A stretch of 64,000 nt of DNA from an uncultured Clostridium sp. (lineage in GTDB: Bacteria > Bacillota > Clostridia > TANB77 > CAG-508). This document shows, piece after piece, positions 50,049 through 60,238 of this stretch; within the stretch, counting starts at the first letter, position 1; each line of letters begins with the position of its first letter. The notes beneath the pieces were generated by a model, which was given only the letters and a program-made list of their open reading frames with translations, was not told the DNA's origin and made no database searches. The stretch is from assembly GCA_902461935.1 (NCBI GenBank), contig CABPZP010000005.1, positions 4,054-68,053 of the forward strand, given 5' to 3'. The translations under genes and the position numbers were made by a program.

Positions 50049-50128
50049 GTTACAATTCAGTAAGATCTGATTTTATAAATTTATTTTTAAGAGAATTGGG
50101 CTCACTACATTTTTTACTGAACTGTAAC
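50049..50128. repeat. MITE-like element: 15-bp terminal inverted repeats flanking a core of about 50 bp
   Basis: GTTACAATTCAGTAA…TTACTGAACTGTAAC; a solo arm is at 33797. Confidence 0.5.
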
Positions 50129-50282
50129 ACTTATTTATAGCTTTTATATAAAAATTATTGCTAAAAAATACATTTAATATAAAAATAAAACTTAATTATT
50201 AAATAAAATTAAGCCAATACATAAAGCATTGACTTAATAAAGAAACTATTGTAAAATAAATGTATCTGTAGACAGTAGAAAA

Positions 50283-52261
50283 ATGTCTAAAAAGGAGAAA
50301 AAACAAATGAAAAATAATATGAAAATTTATAATAAAATAAAATCAAACATTTTGGCATCTAACCTTGAACCTCCAACATCCAATACTGCTATTACACTAA
50401 TAGCCCTAATAATAACAATAATCGTACTTTTAATCCTTTCCGGTGTAACTCTAAGTATGGTAATGGGAGAAAGTGGAATATTTGGAAAAGCAAATTGGAC
50501 AAAATTTGTTACAGAATTTAGAAATATTGAAGAAGCAGAGCATTTATATGAGTTAAACAATCAACTTGATGAAAGCAAAGAACAAACAAAAAATAATTAT
50601 GCAATAACGCAAACTACAATTGAAGCAACAGGAACATTAAAAGATACAATAATAGAAAATGAAGGAGATGAAAATCCACAATTATATATAATTGATTTAA
50701 GTAAATTGAATTTAGCGGAAATAAAAAATGAATATGTAATAAACGTAAATAGTGGAAAAATATATAGAAAAGAAGGTTTTTCTTATAATAATAAAATATA
50801 TCATACACCAGATAGTGGAAGTAACGAAGAAAATGTAGAAAATAATAAAACTTTGGGATATGTAGAAGATGGACTAAAAGTTTTGTATGACGGAAAACAA
50901 AATACAAAAGATGGACACAATAATGAAAGTACTACTTGGGAGAACTTAATAGAAGATGAAGAAATAAAAAACAGTATGGATGGAAAATTACAAAATGTTA
51001 ATTTTACAACAGAAAGTGGATGGACAGAAAATTCATTAATACTAGATGGAATAGATGACTGGGTAAAAATGGGATATTTTTATAAAGAAAACATGACAAT
51101 AGAAATTTGTGCTAAACCTTTAGATGTATCAGTTGCAAAGAACCAGTTTTATATAGCAAATGTCCAAAATGGTGGAATTGGAATAAAAAAGATTCCAAAT
51201 GGAAGTAATAATGGGCAGATATATACATCACAATATGATTTTATATCAAATAAAAAGGATATAAAATTGAATCAAATATATTCAATGTCAACAGGTATTA
51301 GTAATGAAAGGATATATTTTAATGAAAATGATAATTATGTTGAATCGGCTAATAGTAAAAATCTTCGGAAAGCCTGAATCAAATACAATATTTGCGATAG
51401 GAACAAATCCAGATGGAAAAGCAGAAGGAGTAACTTCTGGAGATGACAGAACTAATATGGAAGTATATTCAGTAAGAATATATGATAGATGTTTAACCAA
51501 AGAAGAAGTAGAACAGAATTACGAAAACGATAAGAAAAGATTTAACATACAAGAAATACCCGAAATAAAAACACCAGATTATGTAACAGATGGGCTTGTA
51601 AGTTTATTAGATGCGGAAAAGAATACGAAATATGGACATAGTAAAAGAACATCAATATGGCAAAACTTAGCAGGAACAACAAATGCAAGTTTAAAAAACG
51701 TAAATAATACATTAGCAAGCGGATGGACGAAAAATTCATTAATATTAGATGGAATAGATGATTGGGTAGAGGTTGGCTATTACCATAATAATTATATGAC
51801 AATTGAAATTGTTGCAGAACCATTAACTATAGTTAATGATAAAAATCAATACTATTTAGCTAATATCGAAAGCGGAGGAATTGAAATATGGAGGTATAAG
51901 AACAACATAAATATGCGGTTCAGCATATTTATCTGGATATCAATATGTAAGTAGTAATAAAGTGACAGAAATCAATAAAATATATTCTATGTCAACAGGT
52001 TTTAATGGTGAAGAATTATATTTTAGAGAAAATGATATAAAAAATACTGCAAATTATACTGGAAGTATAGGAAATCCAAAATATTCAACAGTATTTGCTT
52101 TAGGAGTAAATCCATATGGACAAAGTGATGGTACAGGAGGTTCAGAAGCAAGATTTAATATGAAAGTATATTCAGTAAGAATATATAATAGATGTTTAAC
52201 AGAAGATGAAATAAAACATAATTATGAAATAGATAAAGCAAGATTTGGAATAACTGAATAA
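50283..52261 (+). pseudogene. paralogue of 47467: pilin-like N-terminus plus two LamG (concanavalin-like) modules, broken by two frameshifts
   Basis: The three track ORFs 50283-51377, 51304-51954 and 51962-52261 together tile two modules of about 190 aa (…NSLILDGIDDWV…YSVRIYDRCLT…), with frame changes near 51365 and 51918. Confidence 0.55.
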
Positions 52262-52267
52262 GATATA

Positions 52268-52296
52268 GAGGGCGACCAGTGGTCGTCTTTTTTTTA
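52268..52296 (+). terminator. intrinsic terminator
   Basis: GGCGACCAGTGGTCGTC plus T9. Confidence 0.6.
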
Positions 52297-52345
52297 TTAC
52301 TTATAATAATTGACAAATAACATAAATTTATGTAAAATAGAAAAA

Positions 52346-52688
52346 GAGTAAATTGGATGGTCGCGTATAGCAAGGTCGCAAGGCAGCGTACGAGGAAAGT
52401 CCGGGCTCCATAGAGCAATGATGCTGGATAACGTCCAGTAAGGGTGACCTTAAGGAAAGTGCAACAGAAAATAACCGCCTATTTTATAGGTAAGGGTGAA
52501 AAGGTGAGGTAAGAGCTTACCGCTTGTATGGTGACATACAAGGTCAATGTAAACCCCATCTGGAGCAACACCTAAAAAGAGGGTTAAGACTGCTCGTCGT
52601 CCTCTAAATTGGTGGCTTTGAGACATATGGTAACATATGTAATAGATAAATGACTGTCCTAGACAGAACCCGGCTTACAGATTTACTC
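52346..52688 (+). ncRNA. rnpB: RNase P RNA, bacterial type A
   Basis: GAGGAAAGTCCGGGCTCCATAGAGCA, GTGCAACAGAAAATAACCGCC, GGTAAGGGTGAAAAGGTGAGGTAAGAGCTTACC, GTAAACCCCATCTGGAGCAA and AATGACTGTCCTAGACAGAACCCGGCTTAC; P1 pairs GAGTAAAT with ATTTACTC. Confidence 0.85.
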
Positions 52689-52705
52689 TATTTTTATAAA
52701 ATTAA

Positions 52706-52733
52706 AAGGACCAAAAAAATTGGTCCTTTTTTT
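52706..52733 (+). terminator. intrinsic terminator of rnpB
   Basis: AAAGGACCAAAAAAATTGGTCCTTT plus T-run. Confidence 0.75.
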
Positions 52734-52971
52734 GGTAATATGAAGAAATCTTATTTTCCACCAATATAGAAGTATAACTTTGTCCGAAAGCAATACTTTT
52801 GGTATTGCTTTTTCTTTTAATTTTTTAACATTTTTATTGATGTTACTAATGTTGCAAGTTTTTCTATTTCTACACTTTGTATTATGTTTGTATGCAAATA
52901 TTTTATTGTATTATAAAAACATATATGATATAATTTCTAAAGTTTTAAAATATATAGAAAGAAGAATGTAA

Positions 52972-54519
52972 ATGAAGAAAATAGTAATTATAGGTGCAGG
53001 ACCTGCAGGCCTTACTGCTGCATATGAATTATTAAAAAATAAGGAAGATTATAAGGTTACAATTCTAGAAGAATCAAATGAAATAGGTGGAATTTCTAGA
53101 ACAGTTAAATATAATGGAAATAGAATGGATATAGGTGGACACAGATTCTTTTCAAAAGATGAAAGAATAATGAATTTATGGAAAGAAATTATGCCTATTC
53201 AAGGGAAACCATCTTTTGATGATGAAATATTAGAAAGAGAAAAGCCATTAGAAAATAGTGGACCTAATCCAGAAGTTGATGATGAAGTAATGCTTGTTAG
53301 AACAAGAGTGTCTAGAATTTATTATTTAAAAAAATTTTTTGACTATCCTATTAGTATGAAATTCCAAACCTTTAAAAACATGGGATTTATAAGAACAATA
53401 AAAGCAGGTTTTAGTTACTTAAAATCAACAATAATAAAAAGAGAAGAAAAATCATTAGAGGACTTTTATATAAATAGGTTTGGAAAAGTATTATATAGTA
53501 TGTTTTTCGAAAAATACACAGAAAAATTATGGGGAAGACATCCAAGTGAAATATCATCAGACTGGGGTGCTCAAAGAGTAAAAGGACTTTCTATAAAAAC
53601 TATTATAAAAGATATGTTATCTAAAATATTTAAAATAAAGAATAATAAAAATACAGAAACATCATTAATAGAACAATTTTGGTATCCTAAATATGGACCA
53701 GGCCAATTATGGGAAACACTTGCAAAAAAAGATACTGAAAATGGTGCAAAAATATTAAAAGGTTGTAAAGTAGAAAAAATAAATGTAGAAAACGGAAAAG
53801 TACATTCTATAACCTATATAAAAGACGGAAAACAAGAAGAAATAATAGGAGACGTATTTATATCTTCAATGCCTTTAAAAGATTTAGTTTTAGGAATAAA
53901 TAATACACCAAAAGAAATTAGTAAAATAGCAGAGGGATTACCATACAGAGATTTTATAACAGTAGGACTATACTTAAATAAGTTAAAATTAGAAAATAAA
54001 ACAAATATAAAAACACTTGGAAACATAGTACCAGATTGTTGGATTTATGTTCAAGAGGCAGATGTAAAAATAGGAAGAATACAAATATTTAATAACTGGT
54101 CACCATATTTAGTAAAAGATGCAGAAAACAAAGTATGGATAGGACTTGAATACTTCTGCACAGAAAATGATGAATATTGGAATATGAGTAAAGAAGAATT
54201 TGTAGAATTTGCTATTTCAGAACTTGTAAAAATGAACATAATCGATAAAGAAGATGTATTAGACTCACACGTAGAAAAGGTAAAAAAAGCATATCCAGCA
54301 TATTTTGATACATATGAACACATAGATAAAATAATAAACTATGTAGATTCCTTTGGAAACCTATATTGTATAGGAAGAAATGGTCAACATAGATACAATA
54401 ATATGGACCATTCAATGCTTACAGCAATAGAAGCGGTAAATAATATAAAAAATAATGTAGAAGACAAACACAATGTATGGAATGTAAATACAGAAAAATC
54501 ATATCACGAAAAGAAATAG
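52972..54519 (+). CDS. FAD/NAD(P)-binding oxidoreductase (amine-oxidase / UDP-galactopyranose-mutase-like fold)
   Basis: N-terminal dinucleotide-binding [17 protein letters not shown]…E; 515 aa. Confidence 0.65.
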   Translation: MKKIVIIGAGPAGLTAAYELLKNKEDYKVTILEESNEIGGISRTVKYNGNRMDIGGHRFFSKDERIMNLWKEIMPIQGKPSFDDEILEREKPLENSGPNPEVDDEVMLVRTRVSRIYYLKKFFDYPISMKFQTFKNMGFIRTIKAGFSYLKSTIIKREEKSLEDFYINRFGKVLYSMFFEKYTEKLWGRHPSEISSDWGAQRVKGLSIKTIIKDMLSKIFKIKNNKNTETSLIEQFWYPKYGPGQLWETLAKKDTENGAKILKGCKVEKINVENGKVHSITYIKDGKQEEIIGDVFISSMPLKDLVLGINNTPKEISKIAEGLPYRDFITVGLYLNKLKLENKTNIKTLGNIVPDCWIYVQEADVKIGRIQIFNNWSPYLVKDAENKVWIGLEYFCTENDEYWNMSKEEFVEFAISELVKMNIIDKEDVLDSHVEKVKKAYPAYFDTYEHIDKIINYVDSFGNLYCIGRNGQHRYNNMDHSMLTAIEAVNNIKNNVEDKHNVWNVNTEKSYHEKK

Positions 54520-54534
54520 AAGGGAGAAATAAAT

Positions 54535-54987
54535 ATGCAAATAATTTATCATGGAAGTTATTGTAAAGTAGAAAAACCAAAAATTATGGATGGAAAATTT
54601 ACTAGAGATTTTGGAAAAGGATTTTATTGCACAATATTATCAGAACAAGCAGAGAAGTGGGCTAAAAAATATGATACACCTGTTATAAATATGTATGAAT
54701 ATAATGAAAATACCAAATTAAAAATTAAAGACTTTACAGTGATGACAGAAGAATGGTTAGATTTTATAATAAACTGTAGAAGTGGAAAGCAACACAATTA
54801 TGATATTGTAGTTGGTGCAATGGCAGATGACCAAGTATACAATTATGTTAATGATTTAATAAATGAAACTATTACAAGAGAAGCCTTTTGGGAACTTGCA
54901 AAATTTAGACATCCAACACATCAAATTGCATTTTGTACAGATGAAGCATTAAAATGTATTAAATTTGTAGGAACAAAGGAGATATAA
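54535..54987 (+). CDS. DUF3990-like protein
   Basis: Starts MQIIYHGSY…DFGKGFYCT; the family is recalled from memory and needs an HMM check. Confidence 0.4.
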   Translation: MQIIYHGSYCKVEKPKIMDGKFTRDFGKGFYCTILSEQAEKWAKKYDTPVINMYEYNENTKLKIKDFTVMTEEWLDFIINCRSGKQHNYDIVVGAMADDQVYNYVNDLINETITREAFWELAKFRHPTHQIAFCTDEALKCIKFVGTKEI

Positions 54988-54989
54988 AA

Positions 54990-55436
54990 ATGGGGGAATC
55001 ACAAAAAGATAATGATTTATTTTTTGTATGTAGTTTAATTGAATATATTTCTAGAAAAACTAAGAATACTAAAAAATACATAGTAGAAAAATTGGGAAAA
55101 GAAGCTATAAAGAAAATATATGATTTAGCAGAAGTGTATCACTGCGAAAATATGGAAAAAGTTTCAGAAGAATTAATACAAAAATATAACATACCAAATG
55201 GTACTTATGACATATTAACAGAATGTAAATATAAAACTCCAACAATATGGGAGTTAGGAAGAATATATCAAAGATTAATAATAATGGTAAATAATAATGA
55301 AGAAGAATATATAGATACATTATTAGAAGTTTTATCTTCATGGATAATTGAAAAAATAGACAATTATAATAGTAGTATGTATTATGAAAATCCAATTTAT
55401 ATATATGAATGCTATAAACAAAATAAAATAATATAA
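54990..55436 (+). CDS. DUF3791-like protein (usual partner of DUF3990)
   Basis: 148-aa ORF immediately downstream (3-nt gap); assignment rests on the recalled DUF3990/DUF3791 gene-pair association. Confidence 0.35.
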   Translation: MGESQKDNDLFFVCSLIEYISRKTKNTKKYIVEKLGKEAIKKIYDLAEVYHCENMEKVSEELIQKYNIPNGTYDILTECKYKTPTIWELGRIYQRLIIMVNNNEEEYIDTLLEVLSSWIIEKIDNYNSSMYYENPIYIYECYKQNKII

Positions 55437-55448
55437 AGTGGTGAAAAA

Positions 55449-56750
55449 ATGAAGATAAAAAACAAATATAAAATATTAATTTATATAATAATTGGACTAG
55501 CCTTAGCCATTAGACTAGCATATATAATAAAAATGCCATATACAGAAAAGCAACACGATGTAGAACCAAATGGAAATGGTCTAAGCTATATTTTTACGAT
55601 ATATGAAACAGGTCATTTGCCAGAAGATAATATAGGGCAACACTATCATCCACCACTACATCAAATAATATGTGCAATGTTTTTAAAAATAATTAGTATA
55701 TTTAATACAGATGTAAATTTTATGTGTGAAAGCTTACAGTTTGTAACATTAATATACTCAATGGCATTAGTATTTATAATATATAAAATTTTGCAAGAAT
55801 TATATATAAAAGAGAAATATAAAATATTAGCAATGATAGTAGCTGCATTTCATCCAACACTAATTATATTATCAGGAAGCTTAAATAATGATTGTTTATG
55901 TTTAACATTAACAATATGGACAATACTTAGATTAATAAAATGGTATAAAAATGATAATATAAAAAATACAATATTACTTGCAATTATAACAGGTTTATGT
56001 GTAATGGCAAAAACATCAGGGGCAATAGTTGCAATACCTATAATGTATATATTTTTATTAAAATTATATAGAAAAGTAAAAAAATCCGAAAACAAAGTAT
56101 TAGTAATAAAAAAATATATGTATTTATTTATATTTTTTGGATGTATTTCTTTGTCAATAGGACTATGGTATCCTATAAGAAATTATATAGAATTTGGACA
56201 ACCAATATTATATGTAATGGATCCACATAATTCCGATTTATATGTAGGAAATTACACGTTATGGCAAAGATTTTTACCGTTTTCAAGCGAAATAAATCAA
56301 ATGTATTGTGATCCATGGAATCAATACAATATACCAATATTTTTGCTTAAATGTTCATTGTTTGGAGAATATAGTTGGAATACAAATGGAGCATTTGAAA
56401 ATTTATATGTTGTTTCTATATTAGCAAATATATATTTAATAATTCAAACAATATATTGTATTATATCTCAAATGATGAATAAAACAAAAAGAAATAAGCA
56501 ATGGAAAATAGCATTTTTACTATTATTTATATTTAACATATTTAGCTATATAACAATGAATATAAAATTGCCATATGGTTGCACAATGGACTTTAGATAT
56601 ATTGCATCAACAGTGTTTACGGGAACAATGTTTGTAATATTCGAAATGCAATCTATAAAACAAACAAAAATAATATACTATTTAATTACTACGCTAACAG
56701 TAATTATGTGTTTATCAACAGATACAATATTGTTATTATCGCAAGTGTAA
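55449..56750 (+). CDS. polytopic membrane protein, GT-C-type (PMT/ArnT-like) glycosyltransferase candidate
   Basis: At least ten TM helices; first extracytoplasmic loop carries HDVEP, an acidic motif like the DE motif of GT39/GT83. Confidence 0.4.
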   Translation: MKIKNKYKILIYIIIGLALAIRLAYIIKMPYTEKQHDVEPNGNGLSYIFTIYETGHLPEDNIGQHYHPPLHQIICAMFLKIISIFNTDVNFMCESLQFVTLIYSMALVFIIYKILQELYIKEKYKILAMIVAAFHPTLIILSGSLNNDCLCLTLTIWTILRLIKWYKNDNIKNTILLAIITGLCVMAKTSGAIVAIPIMYIFLLKLYRKVKKSENKVLVIKKYMYLFIFFGCISLSIGLWYPIRNYIEFGQPILYVMDPHNSDLYVGNYTLWQRFLPFSSEINQMYCDPWNQYNIPIFLLKCSLFGEYSWNTNGAFENLYVVSILANIYLIIQTIYCIISQMMNKTKRNKQWKIAFLLLFIFNIFSYITMNIKLPYGCTMDFRYIASTVFTGTMFVIFEMQSIKQTKIIYYLITTLTVIMCLSTDTILLLSQV

Positions 56751-56767
56751 AGGAAAGGAAAAGTTAA

Positions 56768-59464
56768 ATGAGTAGACTTTTATTAATAGATGGAAATAGT
56801 ATTTTAAATAGAGCCTTTTATGGAATTATGGGAAACAAAATGTTAACCACTAAAGATGGAAAATATACAAATGCAGTATATGGATTTTTAGCAATAATGT
56901 TCAAAGTAATGGAAGAATTAGAGCCAGAATATATGATGGTTACATTTGATATGAAAGGTCCAACAAAAAGGCACGAAATGTACAAAGAATACAAAGCAAA
57001 TAGACACGGAATGCCAGATGAACTAGCAGAACAAATGCCAATAATAAAAGAAATTCTAAGAGCAATGAATATAGATATAATAGAAAAACAAGGTTATGAG
57101 GGAGACGATATTTTAGGAACACTTTCTGTTTATGGTGAAAAACAAGGTTTAGAAGTTACAGTACTTTCAGGAGATAGAGATAACTTTCAACTTGCAACAG
57201 ATAAAGTAACAATTAGAATACCAAGAACCAAAGCAGGAAAAACAGAAGTTGAAGACTTTAATAGAGAAAAAATAATAGAAACTTATGGAGTAGAGCCAAA
57301 ACAATTAATAGAAGTAAAAGGACTTCAAGGAGATTCATCAGATAATATACCAGGAGTTCCAGGAATAGGAGAAAAAACAGCCTTAAGTTTAATAAAAAAA
57401 TATGGAAGCATACAAAATTTGTATGAAAAAGTTGAAAAAGGTGAAGACGACTTAAAAGGAAAACAAAAAGAAAACATAGTAAATAATAAAGAACTAGCAA
57501 TGTTATCAAGAGAGTTAGGAACAATAAACTTAGAAGCACCAGTAGAAATGTCAATGGAAGAACTAAAAGTTGAAGAATGGAACAAACCAGAAGTTTTAAG
57601 AATTTTTAAAGAATTAAATTTCAATAGATATATAGAAAGATTTAACCTAGAAGAAGAAAATAAAACACCTAAAATAGATTTAAAAGAACTAATAAAAATA
57701 GAAGAAAAAAATTTAAATCAAATAAAAGAAATAGTAACAAAAAATAAAAAAATATTTTTCTGCTTTGCAAAAGAAAATAGCGAAACCATAGGTAATATAA
57801 TAAATAAAAAAATAACTTATATCTATGTAGCAGAGAATGAAAATGTATATTATGCTAAAGTAGAAGATATTGAAGTATTAAAAGAAATATTCGAAAACAC
57901 AGAAATTGAAAAATATGGATATAAACTTTCAGAAGATTATATATTATTAAAGCAACTAGGAATAAAGCCTAATAACATAGTATACGATGCAGAAGTAGCA
58001 GAATATGATATTGACCCTACAAAGTCAAAATACCCATTAGAAGATGTAAGTTTAAAATATCTAAATTTAGATATTAACGAATATTTAGAAGCAAATAATG
58101 TAAAAGAAGAAAATACAAAACAATTAAATTTATTTGATAATAGTGAAGAAAAAGAGAATACAGAAAAATACAAATATGCAATAAATGTATATGTAATATA
58201 TAAATCTTACGAGAAGATAATAGAAGAATTAAAAACTAAAAATGAATATGAATTATTTAAAACTATAGAAATGCCATTGGTTGAAGTTCTTTCTGAAATG
58301 CAATGGGCAGGAATGCACATTGAAAAGCAAGAACTACAAGATTTTGGCAATAAGCTAAAACAAGATATAGATAAAATAGTAAAAGAAATATATGAACTAT
58401 CTGGAGAAGAATTTAATGTAAATTCTCCAAAACAATTAGGAGAAGTATTATTTGAAAAGTTGAAATTGCCTATTATAAAGAAAACAAAAAATGGATATTC
58501 AACAGATGTAGCAGTATTAGAAAAATTAGTAGGAGAACATCCTGTTATAGAAAAAATCTTAGAGTATAGAAGTTTAGCTAAACTTAATTCAACATATGTA
58601 GATGGTCTAGAACCATATATAAATGAAAAAACAAAAAGAATACACTCATATTTCCACCAAACAATAACAGCAACAGGAAGAATTAGTTCAACAGAACCAA
58701 ACTTGCAAAATATTCCTACAAGAATCGAACTAGGAAAACAATTAAGAAAAGTATTTAAACCAGAAAAAGATTATGTATTTATAGATGCAGATTATTCACA
58801 AATAGAATTAAGGGTACTTGCACATATATCAGAAGATGAAAATATGATGAATGCATTTAAAAATGGAGAAGACATTCATAAACAAGCAGCATCAAAAGTT
58901 TTAGATATTCCATTAGAAGAAGTAACAAAACAGCAAAGGTCACATGCTAAAGCTGTAAATTTTGGAATAGTATACGGTATAAGTGATTTTGGACTTGCAG
59001 GTCAACTGGGAATATCAAAAAAAGAAGCAAAACAATATATAGAAAGCTATTTAGAAAAATATTCAGGTATAAAAAAATTCATGGAAGACATTGTAGAAAA
59101 AGCAAAACAGCAAGGATATGTAGAAACATTATTTGGAAGAAGAAGATATATACCAGAATTAAAATCTAACAATTATATGGTAAGACAATTCGGCTCAAGA
59201 GTTGCAATGAATATGCCAATACAAGGAACAGCAGCAGATATAATGAAAATAGCTATGATAGATGTATACAGTAAATTAAAAGAAAAAAACTTAAAATCAA
59301 GACTTATTTTACAAATACATGATGAATTAATTATAGAAGCATATAAAGAAGAAAAGGAAGAAGTAAAAGAAATATTAAAATCTTCAATGGAAAATGCATA
59401 TAAATTAAATGTACCATTAATAGTAGACATGTGCGAAGCAGATAATTGGTATGATGCAAAATAA
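56768..59464 (+). CDS. polA: DNA polymerase I
   Basis: 898 aa; 5'-3' exonuclease N-terminus (LLLIDGNSILNRAFY), polymerase motifs A (DYSQIELR), B (RRHAKAVNFGIVYG), C (QIHDEL). Confidence 0.95.
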   Translation: MSRLLLIDGNSILNRAFYGIMGNKMLTTKDGKYTNAVYGFLAIMFKVMEELEPEYMMVTFDMKGPTKRHEMYKEYKANRHGMPDELAEQMPIIKEILRAMNIDIIEKQGYEGDDILGTLSVYGEKQGLEVTVLSGDRDNFQLATDKVTIRIPRTKAGKTEVEDFNREKIIETYGVEPKQLIEVKGLQGDSSDNIPGVPGIGEKTALSLIKKYGSIQNLYEKVEKGEDDLKGKQKENIVNNKELAMLSRELGTINLEAPVEMSMEELKVEEWNKPEVLRIFKELNFNRYIERFNLEEENKTPKIDLKELIKIEEKNLNQIKEIVTKNKKIFFCFAKENSETIGNIINKKITYIYVAENENVYYAKVEDIEVLKEIFENTEIEKYGYKLSEDYILLKQLGIKPNNIVYDAEVAEYDIDPTKSKYPLEDVSLKYLNLDINEYLEANNVKEENTKQLNLFDNSEEKENTEKYKYAINVYVIYKSYEKIIEELKTKNEYELFKTIEMPLVEVLSEMQWAGMHIEKQELQDFGNKLKQDIDKIVKEIYELSGEEFNVNSPKQLGEVLFEKLKLPIIKKTKNGYSTDVAVLEKLVGEHPVIEKILEYRSLAKLNSTYVDGLEPYINEKTKRIHSYFHQTITATGRISSTEPNLQNIPTRIELGKQLRKVFKPEKDYVFIDADYSQIELRVLAHISEDENMMNAFKNGEDIHKQAASKVLDIPLEEVTKQQRSHAKAVNFGIVYGISDFGLAGQLGISKKEAKQYIESYLEKYSGIKKFMEDIVEKAKQQGYVETLFGRRRYIPELKSNNYMVRQFGSRVAMNMPIQGTAADIMKIAMIDVYSKLKEKNLKSRLILQIHDELIIEAYKEEKEEVKEILKSSMENAYKLNVPLIVDMCEADNWYDAK

Positions 59465-59481
59465 ATAATCGAGGAGAAAAG

Positions 59482-60033
59482 ATGAAAAAATTAATAATTA
59501 TAATATTAGTAATTGCATTAATATTATTTGGAATAAAATATTATAATTTGGATAATGAACTAATGAAAAAAATATATGTAAAAAATTATTCAAACTATGT
59601 AGAAAAATATAGCAAAGAAAACAACTTAGATGAAAATTTAGTATATGCAATAATAAAGGCAGAAAGCAATTTTAAAGAAGGTGCAGTATCATCAAGTGGA
59701 GCTGTGGGGTTAATGCAACTAATGGAAACAACAGCAGACGACGTTGCAAGAAAAATGAATATAGATTTTAAAATAGATTTATTGTACCAAGCAGAAGACA
59801 ATATAAAAATAGGAACAAAATACTATAAAACACTTTATGATAAATATAAAAACAATGCAGTAGCACTAATGGCATACAATGCAGGAAGCGGAAATGTAGA
59901 TAGATGGATACAAGAAGGAACAATAAAACCAGACGGAACAGATGCAGAAAATATACCTTACAAAGAAACCAACAACTATGTTAGGAAAATATTAAGAGAT
60001 TATGAAATATACAAAGAACTATATGCTGAGTAG
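59482..60033 (+). CDS. lytic transglycosylase (SLT domain), membrane-anchored
   Basis: N-terminal TM helix; SLT catalytic region IIKAESNFKEGAVSSSGAVGLMQL…AYNAG. Confidence 0.75.
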   Translation: MKKLIIIILVIALILFGIKYYNLDNELMKKIYVKNYSNYVEKYSKENNLDENLVYAIIKAESNFKEGAVSSSGAVGLMQLMETTADDVARKMNIDFKIDLLYQAEDNIKIGTKYYKTLYDKYKNNAVALMAYNAGSGNVDRWIQEGTIKPDGTDAENIPYKETNNYVRKILRDYEIYKELYAE

Positions 60034-60053
60034 AAAAAATTAATGGCAAACAA

Positions 60054-60146
60054 TGTAGGGGGCGGCGTCCCAGACGACTCGTTAAAAAACAACATAATAC
60101 AAATAATCAATTAATCTAAATTTTTATAAAAACAAATTTTAATATA
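60054..60146 (+). repeat. TGTAGGGG hairpin plus AT-rich tail module (partial copy of the composite repeat)
   Basis: TGTAGGGGGCGGCGTCCCAGACGACTCG followed by a tail matching 27214-27280 (…AAATTTTTATAAAAACAAATTTTAA…). Confidence 0.65.
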
Positions 60147-60238
60147 GGTTTACAATAGATTTATTATAAAAAAATAAAGATATATTGATATAAACATAAA
60201 AATATTATATAATAGCCAAAAACGTAAGGAGGAAAATA

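Noticed and set aside
52780-52971. 63-aa hydrophobic ORF upstream of the FAD oxidoreductase
   Set aside because: No convincing RBS; the poly-Leu/Phe translation comes from a T-rich promoter region.
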